A DNA stretch of 64,000 nucleotides from Batkoa obscura. Lineage: Eukaryota. The stretch covers positions 1,612,001-1,676,000 of the forward strand of contig JASVEC010000001.1 of assembly GCA_030770535.1 (NCBI GenBank). The letters run 5' to 3'. Position numbers and translations under genes: made by a program. Position 1 is the stretch's first letter, and every line of letters starts with the position of its first letter. This document shows positions 24,016-34,631 of the stretch, piece after piece. Below the pieces are notes generated by a model. That model was not told where the DNA came from. It saw only the letters and a program-made list of their open reading frames with translations, and made no database searches.

Positions 24016-25593
24016 ATGTACTATTTCAATTCTATATTTTATTTAACTATCTTATTAAGTTATATAAACTTGACATTTGCTTATAATCTAACATCAACCC
24101 AAGTAGATAAAGACAACTGTTTATGTTTACCAGTAGATAAACAGAGTTATCGATGGGTGGTCAAATTTTTACCTAAAGAAATACGTAGTGATGTATTAAA
24201 AATCATTACCAATTATCAAAATTCAAAAACTTTATCAACTACTTCTAATTACTATACTTCTTGTTCTATAGTTTGTGGAAATCAATCCACTTCTTCTGGA
24301 AATCACTGTTCATACTCTACGCCAACCTATACTACTGATACTACTTATACATATTCTACTCCAACTTATACTACTGATACTACCTATACTTACTATACCC
24401 CAACTTATAGCACTAGTACTACCTACGCTTATTCTACTCCAACCTATACTACAAGTACCACGAATACTTATTCTACCCCAACTTATAGTACAAGTAGCTC
24501 AACCGACTATACTACCGACTCTACAACTTACAGTACAAGCTCAACTGATACTTGCTCGACTCCAACTTACAGTACGAGCACCACAAATACTTATACTACA
24601 AGTAATTCGGATACTTACTCTACACCAAGTTATACCACAAGTACCACTGATACTTACTCTACCCCAAGCTACAGTACAAGTACAACTGATACATATACTA
24701 CCCAAACTTATACTTACTCTACCCCAAGCTATAGTACAAGCTCAACTGATACTTACTCTACCCCAAGCTATAGTACAAGTACAACTGATACCTACTCTAC
24801 TCCAACTTACAGTACAAGTACAACTGATACATATACTACCCAAACTTATACTTATTCCACTCCAAGCTACAGTACAAGCTCAACTGATACCTACTCTACC
24901 CCAAGCTATAGTACAAGTACAACTGATACTTACTCTACCCCAAGCTACAGTACAAGTACAACCGATACATATACTACCCAAACTTATACTTATTCCACTC
25001 CAACATATAGTACAAGCTCAACTGATACTTACTCTACCCCAAGCTATAGTACAAGTACAACTGATACCTACTCTACTCCAAGCTACAGTACAAGTACAAC
25101 TGATACATATACTACCCAAACTTATACTTATTCCACTCCAACATATAGTACAAGTACCACCGGTACCTACTCTACCCCAAGCTACAGTACAAGTACAACC
25201 GATACTTACTCTACCCCAAGCTATAGTACAAGTACAACTGATACTTACTCTACTCCAACTTACAGTACAAGTACAACTGATACATATACTACCCAAACTT
25301 ATACTTATTCCACTCCAACATATAGTACAAGTACCACCGGTACCTACTCTACCCCAAGCTACAGTACAAGTACAACTGATACCTACTCTACTCCAAGCTA
25401 CGGTACAAATACAACTGATACTCACTCTACTCCAACTTACAGTACAAGTACTACCAATGTCTATTCTACTCCAAGTTACGACACAGATAGTACCACTAGC
25501 TGCAGTACATCTATTCCAGTTTATACTAGTATCCAAGAAAGCTATAGTAGTTCAGCTGCTGAAATTACCTATCCTATTTCACTTGTATATTAA
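24016..25593 (+). CDS. Secreted Thr/Ser/Tyr-rich tandem-repeat protein
   Basis: Signal peptide, small Cys-containing N-domain, then 13-aa TYSTP(S/T)YSTS(T/S)TD repeats; TATA-like site near 23962. Confidence 0.88.
   Translation: MYYFNSIFYLTILLSYINLTFAYNLTSTQVDKDNCLCLPVDKQSYRWVVKFLPKEIRSDVLKIITNYQNSKTLSTTSNYYTSCSIVCGNQSTSSGNHCSYSTPTYTTDTTYTYSTPTYTTDTTYTYYTPTYSTSTTYAYSTPTYTTSTTNTYSTPTYSTSSSTDYTTDSTTYSTSSTDTCSTPTYSTSTTNTYTTSNSDTYSTPSYTTSTTDTYSTPSYSTSTTDTYTTQTYTYSTPSYSTSSTDTYSTPSYSTSTTDTYSTPTYSTSTTDTYTTQTYTYSTPSYSTSSTDTYSTPSYSTSTTDTYSTPSYSTSTTDTYTTQTYTYSTPTYSTSSTDTYSTPSYSTSTTDTYSTPSYSTSTTDTYTTQTYTYSTPTYSTSTTGTYSTPSYSTSTTDTYSTPSYSTSTTDTYSTPTYSTSTTDTYTTQTYTYSTPTYSTSTTGTYSTPSYSTSTTDTYSTPSYGTNTTDTHSTPTYSTSTTNVYSTPSYDTDSTTSCSTSIPVYTSIQESYSSSAAEITYPISLVY
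24320..25490 (+). repeat. Coding minisatellite, 39-bp unit with a recurring 21-bp insertion
   Basis: acttactctaccccaagctacagtacaagtacaactgat repeated; insertion acatatactacccaaacttat. Confidence 0.95.
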
Positions 25594-25897
25594 GATAGGC
25601 AGTTGTAAAATTAGTTTCTATTCAATAAAAAATATCCATTGTAAATTAAGATAGTATTTTTGATAGTTTGATAGTTTGATAGAATCAACATAGCTCTAAA
25701 TTTCTATTTTTTTCAATATAATAGTCTTTTTAATCCACTGTAAAGGGTTAACCTTGGTGGTTATAATCGTATTTGGAATATTCAATAAAGAATATTTTAT
25801 ATGTTTAATATCAACAATTCAAACTATTATCAAGAAAACATCTTGAGAATTTTAATGTTTTATTGAAATTGTTATTAACAGTTGCGTCTTTAATTTA

Positions 25898-26059
25898 CAG
25901 TTGCTGCAGCTGTATTGCGATCTTATTTGCGGTAATTTTAGAGCAGTCATTTGCTTGTTTGGTTTTTTCAATGCCTAATCTTTCGGTTTTAGCACGATTT
26001 TGAAAAAAATTATTCTTAGATAAAAAGTTACTCAAGCCACAATAAAGTTGCAACAGCTA
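25898..26059. mobile_element. MITE-B, diverged copy
   Basis: tacagttgctgcagct...aaagttgcaacagcta, same length as the other copies. Confidence 0.55.
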
Positions 26060-26283
26060 TATAAAAAATATTTTAAAAAAGAACGTTGAAAAAAATAGAT
26101 AAAAGTGAAATCTGCTGCTTAACTTAAAATGGCAACACAACAACATATCAACAAAAAAAAGAAAAGGGAGGGATTTATAAAAAAAACAGATATATAAAGC
26201 TGAATTTGAAATAAAACAAAAATTACAATAATATTACCAAAAATTAAATAATTCAAGTTTCATACAACATTTTACTTTTTAGA

Positions 26284-26753
26284 ATGAAATTCCATACTAT
26301 CATTTTCTTCTTTTTTGGTATATTTTATTATATTTTTATAACCTTCCAATTCTAATTATTTTGAAATTAGCTCTTCTCAGCCTAATCTATGCCCATGATG
26401 GAGCCCATGATGACGATATGGGCATGGAATCCAACAACAGTAGCGGTACTTCAAGTAAACCAACTAAAATGAATAAAGATAGTAGCCCTACTGCTACGGA
26501 TTCTAATAGTAGTAGTACCACCACTGAAGAACCATGGACACCTATTGATCCAGCTTTACAAGCCTCAATTAACAAACCAAAATCTATATCAGCAGCTGCT
26601 TATACACCATCGAAAATTAACTTTAGTTCGAGTTCAGAAGCGGTTAAAGCATCGTCCAAAGTTGGTGGTAATGCTAAATCAGATAGTGCTAATTTAAAGA
26701 TTCAATATGTGGCTGTGGTAGTACCAGTTATGTTTGTAATGAGTATGAATTAA
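26284..26753 (+). CDS. Small secreted Ser/Thr-rich, probably GPI-anchored protein (exons 26284-26317, 26371-26753)
   Basis: Splicing out the gta..tag intron 26318-26370 gives MKFHTIIFFFFALLSLIYA|HDGAHDDDMGM...; C-terminal KSDSA followed by a hydrophobic tail. Confidence 0.8.
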
Positions 26754-27836
26754 ATTTTAAGTTAAAAATAAATAGTATTTATATATAAATTACTGAATAA
26801 TAGTTGATATTTAAAAAAAATTAAAAGCTTTATTAATAGTATTAAGTAAGAAGATAGAAAATATTCAATCGGTTTCGAAACAAATTATGTTTGATAATAT
26901 GATGAATTGAAATAAGAACTATTCATTAATCTTTTTGAAAATATCGATTCAATAATTAACATAGAAGGGGTATCGATCACTTTCGAGTTATTACTGAATT
27001 TTAAATCTAAACTTCCATCCACTTTTTCATCCTTTTCTACAGGGGTATTAAGCTGCTTGGCTAATAAAATACTACCTAAAAAACTACTCGACATTATTTA
27101 ACTATCAAAGCTATTATTTGTATAAAGTTTCAAGTAAGAGTCCAAATGCTCAACTAAATTGGTTTTTTTGTTTATAGTTTGGATTGTCTTTAAAGCCTTT
27201 TTATACCTCTTGTATTGCCTTGGTAAGCATTTTTTATCACTTTATTTTCTGAGGCTATTTACTTGATTACAATTTGTATTCACTTTTATTAAATCTAAAT
27301 AAACCGCTCATTTAGTTACCATACCAATGTTTTAAAAATAAAATTAATTAAAATGGATAACTATTATTAATATCCCCTTTGAATTTTATAAAAAAATACT
27401 TATATTAATTAGTTAATATAAGTACAAATTTAAAATACCTCTAATTTTTTATTAATAATATTATTACTAAATTACTTAACTAGTAATATTTAAATTATTA
27501 TATTAATCAATGGTTTTCAAATTTAAAAATAGATGGTAATAGTGCTATTAATAGTTTTCACTAAAACAAAAGATAGCTTAATTTTTTAGATCACGCTTAA
27601 AAATCTAATCAAAGGTATATTTACTACTAAAGATCAAAAAAGTAAAATTTATTATATTAATCTGTTAGAAATGATAAACAATTATATTTTATTAGCATTT
27701 TTGAGGTTAGCATTGGTTGATATTCCTTTTTCCAAAATATTCGAATCAAAAAAGAATATAATACTAAAATTTTGAAAAAATAGTTTATTTAAAATAAAAA
27801 AGTAAATAAATATTATTAAATATAGTTAAGAGTGTA

Positions 27837-27908
27837 TCTCGGGTAGTATAGTGGTGAGTATCCCCGCCTGTCACGCGGGAGACCGGGGTTCAATTCCCCG
27901 CTCGAGAG
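27837..27908 (+). tRNA. tRNA-Asp(GTC)
   Basis: TCTCGGGTAGTATAGTGG...CGCCTGTCACGCG...GGTTCAATTCCCCGCTCGAGAG; T-run terminator follows. Confidence 0.96.
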
Positions 27909-28081
27909 TCAATTTTTTTACTATTGCTAGTAATTATACGTTCAATTCAATTGCTTTATTTCTTTGATTACTTATCTAGGTGTAGGATTCATATTAATGT
28001 ATAGATTTACTTTAAGATTATATATTAAATATATATTCAAAGCTGTTTATTAGCTTTATAAAAGATGTTTATTATATAAAA

Positions 28082-28427
28082 TGGATGTCTTCTTTGTTTA
28101 AGAAATCTGCCAACATTTTTTCTGCTCAATAGCACTCAAAAAATGGAAAAAGCGATGAAACCCAAAAAAACACCCCCATATTATTTTTTAAATAACATAT
28201 GGGGATATATTTTTGTGTTTAAGAATTTCACTAACAAATTTTCCGCTCAAATGCGCTTAAAAGATGGAAAAAGTGAAGAACCCAAAAACACCCCCATATA
28301 CACAAAACAAAAAAATACATCCCTATATATTTTTTATTATTTTTGAAATTTAATTTTACTGGATAGCCTTTCCGCTCAAGTAGCGCTTAAAAAATGGAAA
28401 AAGTGATGGAACCATAAAAAACACCCC
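28082..28427 (-). mobile_element. Cluster of 3-4 MITE-A copies and fragments
   Basis: Copies at about 28082-28177, 28201-28295, 28304-28324 (end fragment) and 28365-28427. Confidence 0.8.
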
Positions 28428-28601
28428 CAAATATTTAATCATATTAGTGACCTTTAGTTAAAACATTATAACTGTTTTTTCGAAAATATAAATATTAATT
28501 ATTAAAATTCGTTATGAAAGTTTATAATATTATTTAAGTTATTATAAATAATAAAGAACAAATATTTAAATGAAAGCCCAATTGATACATCTATAAAAAT
28601 A

Positions 28602-28673
28602 CTCTCGAGCGGGGAATTGAACCCCGGTCTCCCGCGTGACAGGCGGGGATACTCACCACTATACTACCCGAGA
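28602..28673 (-). tRNA. tRNA-Asp(GTC)
   Basis: Exact reverse complement of 27837-27908. Confidence 0.96.
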
Positions 28674-29158
28674 CACTGTCTTATTAGTGGAAAGTATAGT
28701 TTTATAAATTCGTCCAAGTGATAAGCGCAAATCGATAATGCAGTAAGCTTTTGTACTAGTTGAATGTTTAAAAGATAAATTTTATATTATTGATTTTTTT
28801 TATTGATATTTAAATAAATAAATAAAATAAAAATTATGCTTATGTATTATTTTTATTGTATAAGTGTATATTCAGCATTGGAACAATTTCACATCTATTG
28901 TACCATATGTGTATCATTACAATTGTAAGGTTGCTTAGTAAAATCAGCTATTTCTTACTACTACACTTAATTGCTTTATAAGTAATTAAAAGTTTATAAA
29001 CTATTTTTTTAATTATAGTCATAAACTCGATTAGATTTGTTTTCTAACTTCTTCTCTTAATATAAGCCAATTCCATGAGCTATGATACTATAAGACCAGC
29101 TCGAGCCCTTAGCTATAAAGCCCAATAAAAATAAATGATTTAATCCGAATAAAAATAA

Positions 29159-29494
29159 CTAACGAGGCCATCCATTACGTATCCCAAACAAGTCAAGTAT
29201 ATCCCTAACTACTGGAAGTGAGGAGACGAGTCCTCCACTACCGCTTTCTTTGGCATACGCTACCGGACCCCTCTGTTGCTCTTGGGTAAAATTGGGGTTT
29301 GGGAAGTTGCTATCAGAACCAGACCCAGACCCAGACCCAGAGCCTTGGAAAGCTCCTTGTTGGCTTCCATTGTACCCTGCTTGTAAAAAATCTGGTAACC
29401 AATTAAGTTGAAAGACAGGGGTTGGGCTGTCTGGATATCGACGAAATATACAGTGACAGAAGGATATTAAATATATTAAAAATATTAGCTTCAT
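29159..29494 (-). CDS. Small secreted protein of unknown function
   Basis: Signal peptide MKLIFLIYLISFCHC, GS linker, amphipathic C-terminus LVSSLPVVRDILDLFG; TATA-like site near 29545. Confidence 0.75.
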   Translation of the reverse strand: MKLIFLIYLISFCHCIFRRYPDSPTPVFQLNWLPDFLQAGYNGSQQGAFQGSGSGSGSGSDSNFPNPNFTQEQQRGPVAYAKESGSGGLVSSLPVVRDILDLFGIRNGWPR

Positions 29495-29976
29495 TAGTGT
29501 TTAAATTATTTGATAAATAACCTTAGAATGTGTATCGAAGCTTTATATATATACTCATTTTGAGATGTTCTCGAACTATATTAGTGGGTCTTAATAAATC
29601 TTGAGTATAGTTTAAACTTTTATTTATTTATTTGGTTAGTTTATCATTTATCATTTTGAATCGCTTTAAGATAGTATAAATTGATTTAACAAACAAACTA
29701 TATATCAAAATGCACGGATCTTTATATTATCTTTTTCCTATTATTAAAAGTAAATATAGCATTTTTTAATATTCAATTTATGAGAAAATGTACACTTTGG
29801 ATTTAGGTTTCATGTTTACTTTATTTGGTATTGGAGATAAAACCTCTGTAATTTTACCAAACATTTGTCTATTATAATATTTATAAATAAACATCGATGG
29901 TTTAATATTGCTAATTACACAATTCACTAAGTTTTGAATGTAATAAATGAAGCATTTAATCTGAATGTAAGTATAT

Positions 29977-30075
29977 GAGGGTGTTTTTTTTGGTTTCATT
30001 ATTTTTTCCATCTTTTAAGCGCTATTTAAGTGGAAAAATTGTTAGTAAAACCCTTAAACAAAAAAATACATCCCC
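29977..30075 (+). mobile_element. MITE-A, full length
   Basis: ATAT|GAGGGTGT...ACATCCCC|ATAT. Confidence 0.85.
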
Positions 30076-31096
30076 ATATATTGACTTAGTTATTGAGCTT
30101 TTTGGTGTTTTAAGTTAATAAATAAAATGTTAAAAAAATTTATTCTGGAGGTTTAATAATTGCCTATTAAAATTCAAATATAAATTACAAGGATTTAAAA
30201 TGGTAAACTCATTTTTATATTAATAAATAGTAGATGCTATTTTTAAGTACATGTGAGTATATCAATTACTTGAAATACGAAATAAAAATTTGGTGTTTAA
30301 AAATAGTATTCAAGTATTCAAAATAACACAAACAATTCTATCGTAATATCTAACTAAACGTTATTCGTTATTTCAAAGAGCTTAATAATTATTATTAACC
30401 AAAATAACCCATTGGTTTTATTTCTATAGCTTTCAATTACATTTACTAAAGTTCAATTGAGAAGTAGTGAGCGATAATTTTTACAATAATTAATTTGTAC
30501 CATTATAATGATTTATAGTTTAGTGATTAAAGTTTCGCTTTAAAATGAACAGTTAGTCACTTCATAAGTGACCTTCAACAGTCGCAAAAACAATCTTTTG
30601 TTAGAACTACTCTAATAACTCGAATTGCTATAAAATCAATTCTTAAAAATACTAAAAGCAAATAGTTCATATTAAAAAAGAATTCTAATTACTAAATGAT
30701 TTTATTAATATTCTTACCATAAATCACCCATTCTGAAGTTATTTTAATGAGACTTTAAAATTCATCTTGATTACATTTCCTTCCACTTCAAGTTATTAAT
30801 TTGGTTTAAGAATTGCCCTTTAAAAATTAAAAGTCGTGATTCATAATAATAATTAAATAGGGTACAAAAAAGTAAAGACATTAAAAATGTAGTATGTTAG
30901 ATATAGAATAAGATAAAATATAAAAAACATGTAAAAGATTTTGGTTGTAAAAAGTAAAGTAAAAAGCTACTTACAGTTGAAATAAAGGATTAAAAAGAGA
31001 ATTAAAGATATTTTAATTAAGATATATTAATCTAGAAAAAAAATTAAGTATGATTAAAGAACGAGCAACATCCTTAATCCTCTAAATAGAGTAAAA

Positions 31097-31909
31097 TTAA
31101 AGGATGGAGCAGCATCCAGATCCTTCTTCTTGTTTTGGATTACTTGGCTCAGCACCGTTTACGTTAGAGCTATCTGGATTCTGTTCTTTGTTGAATCGAC
31201 GTATTTCTCTGACTAAATTATAGAATGTTTCATCCACATTGATCTTTTGTTTTGCTGAAGTTTCCATAAATTTGCATGCAAAACCTTTAGCTAAGTCTTT
31301 ACCCTCTTTTTCAAAAATTAATATTTTCTCTATATAATACGATATGTAAAAATACCTTGTGTGGATACCTGTCTCTCAGGCTCCAAATCACATTTATTAG
31401 CAACTACTACCATTGGGAAGGTATCTCTATCTTTAACTCTCAATATTTGATCATGGAACGTAGAAATTTCATCGTAACTTTCACGACTAGTAATACTGTA
31501 GATCAATAAAAAGCCTTCGCCATTTCTCATATACTGTTCTCTCATTGCGCTTTAATAAAGATCAATTATGAGTTTACTTTGCATAACATTAATTATACCT
31601 ATATTCCTCTTGTCCTGCTGTATCTAAGACATCTAATAGAGCCACTTCGTCATCAATTACGCACTGTTTACGGTAAGAGTCTAAATCAAATATAAAAAAA
31701 AATAAGAAGTGATGAAAGTATAAATACCTTCAATAGTAGGATCATACTCATCAACAAAGTGAGATTGTATAAATTGAATCGTTAAAGCGGATTTGCCGAC
31801 ACCTTTAATAAGATTTGTTTAAAAAAAGACTTTTTGATACAATTAACTTACCACCACCACCAACTACTACTAGCTTATATTCTCTTAAAAACTGGGTTGT
31901 ACGAGTCAT
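31097..31909 (-). CDS. RAS1: Ras small GTPase; exons 31909-31852, 31802-31728, 31680-31599, 31549-31356, 31305-31097
   Basis: [54 protein letters not shown] and C-terminal GCCSIL* CaaX; four 47-50 nt introns. Confidence 0.96.
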
Positions 31910-33730
31910 GACTTAATAATAATACAAATAGAATGGGACAATTAAAGTAAGGAGGATTAGGGAATTTAATTAATAGAAACTAGGGAAAAAGGAATTGGTA
32001 GATTAAAAAATGAATTTTAAGCAAATAAAAAATAGCAAATTTGGAATTTTATGCAGAGTTATTATAAGGTGATTGGAATAATAATGAATTTCGAACACTT
32101 TTTTTGGCAACTTATTCTTAGTTTTTTAATACAAAAATTAGATATTAAAAATTTAGAACTTTGAAAATGTTACCGCTTTAAAAACAATTTTTATTTTTAT
32201 TTCTCTTATTATTTAAAACTTCAATGCTTCTTCACCCTTTTTACATTTAAAACAAAACTATAAATTAGCTATTGCAACTATGTAGAACAAAACAAAAATA
32301 AAAGTTAACCAGATCAAACTTAACAAACGTCCACTAATTGGTTAAAAATTAAGGTCCAAAATCAGGTGGAGACCCTATCATTAAGTTAAAAATTTCTTGA
32401 TTTGGAAATTATCCCCTTCTTTAAATTCTTGGTGTATCACCTTGCCTTTGATTGGTAGCTCACTTTTTCAAACCCTCCACTAAGTTTTTGCTATTTTGTT
32501 TTAGTAGCTACTGGGGATGATTTAATGCCTAACATTAATTTTTTAAATAAAAAATTAAGCTATTTAGATTTTAGTTCATACTTTTAAGTATAATTTATTT
32601 AAACTACCTCTTGTGTAACTTTATTGATTTATGGATTTATGACATTCATCACAAATAGCATACTCAATTATCAATTTATTTTATCTCGTTTGAACCAAAT
32701 TCTTAATCATAAAGTTATTACTTCACTTTTTTAAAAGTGTTAATCCCAACTATAAAACCGTTATTTTTGTATAAGATTAAAATTAAAGATTTCAACAGAA
32801 TATACTCTTTTTTATCATTTTTTACATTTATATATAATCATCACCCATCAAGTCGTTAAGGCTATTGTTTAACATGCTGTTAAAATTTAAACTGAAATTT
32901 TTTAAAATGCAGGTTTTCAGGAAGATTTATTTCTCAATAATAGTTAAGGTTTTATAAGACCAATCTAAGGTAACGTTTGCATTTTAAAATATTGACTCGA
33001 AAAGGAGAGATAATAGATGAAGCATTTTAATAGTATCCTTTTTATACTATATGTTGTAACACCGCAATATTAAGTTAGCTATCCTTTTTTTAATAGCTAA
33101 TGTGGCTCAATAAAAGTGAACTGGTTTTTTGAAAATCCTGCTTATAATTTCTAGGTAAATATACAATATTTAAAAAGTGGCGATATTAGTAAAAAACATA
33201 ATTCACTTATGATGCTACTATTGAATGTCAAAAATTTGAATATTCACATAGCGTTCAACTATGATCTTCCTTATTTATAAAAATAGCCCTATGCTACTAA
33301 CAAAAACTTTATAAAGCAAATTCACATGTTAAGACATTAATCTTATAAATAGTAAAGATTAAAGATTGAAACGCTCAGTTTCATTTTTCAATGAAGTTAC
33401 TTGTCTGGACAGAGTCAATTCTTAATATCTAAAATACCAAATTAAATTGCGTTTAGCTGGTATCTCTATAGTTGTTTAAAAGTCATAAAATCACAACCGA
33501 TTTCTAAAGCCTAATCCTTATTTTTAGAAGAATTTTAACACAAATTATTTCTTAAATGAGCATTTAGATTGCAAAAGAGTTCCAACAACCATAGTTATGT
33601 AAATAAAGTGCCTATAAAAATACCACTTAGGTAGCCGCCTTAAAGAGTTGCAATAGCTGTAAATGCCTTCATTCTATGATTCGTAAACCAGAGTTATAAT
33701 TTATATATTATTTTGACAATAAAATGTATA

Positions 33731-33802
33731 TCTCGGGTAGTATAGTGGTGAGTATCCCCGCCTGTCACGCGGGAGACCGGGGTTCAATTCCCCGCTCGAG
33801 AG
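33731..33802 (+). tRNA. tRNA-Asp(GTC)
   Basis: Identical to 27837-27908. Confidence 0.96.
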
Positions 33803-34631
33803 TCATTATGTTTTTTACTTATATTGAGAAAATTTGTAACTTAGTGTAAACATTAAGTAGAAAACGGTTATTCTTTACAATTATTGATTATAACTTGAGT
33901 GACATTCTGTTATTATAAATCAATAAACATTGAATTTTTTACAAATAATTCTGATTTTTTGATAAGCATTTATCATTAAAGACACAGAAGTGTAACAGCA
34001 AGGCGTTTTTGCTGCAGAGTGAATTGTTAATAAAACAAAATGAAACACACTATTAGAATTAATAACTACTGTTTAACAAAGTCAAAATTATCTACAAAAC
34101 CTTAATACTAATTTTATTTTCCTTAATATTCTTTATTTTCCTTTTTACAATTTTCTTTAATATAAAATAATCTGTAATAATTAATCTTTCTTTAATTTAG
34201 CTTTACATGTTTAGGTCAAGGTACCTAAGCTTACACATTGTTTAAATAAGTTAAAACATATACAAAAGATATATAGGGTTATTATGATTAAATAAAAATA
34301 ATCAAATTTAAAAACTATGAATTTACTTTATTTTATTTTATTTTATTTCAAATGCTAAGAAATAATAACTCCCTTTTAAAAAAAGCATTAAATTTTTAGC
34401 AAAGCCCTACTGAATTTTATTGGACTAAACTAAGTGCACGGTAGTGCATGATTGGTATGTGGTAAAATAAAGCGTACTATTGGATAATGTAGTATGTTAC
34501 GTTTTAATTTGTTGACTATTACGAATACATTAGTGGGATGAATTATTGTAGCAATTTGAAATTGTTTAGATAGATTTTAATATTCAACATCCCTCCTTCC
34601 AATTTTATAAGTTTGAAATCAACAATAAAAA

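Noticed and set aside
24320..25490. Ice-nucleation-protein-like repeats (TxT motifs)
   Set aside because: The unit is 13 aa with Pro and lacks the Gly-rich 16-aa AGYGSTxTA pattern.
24275..25654. 459-aa alternative-frame ORF and antisense ORF 25018-25536
   Set aside because: Shadows of the stop-free coding minisatellite; only the 24016 frame has an ATG and a signal peptide.
26885..27094. 69-aa ORF
   Set aside because: No motif, and the upstream frame is broken; possibly a decayed relic but unsupported.
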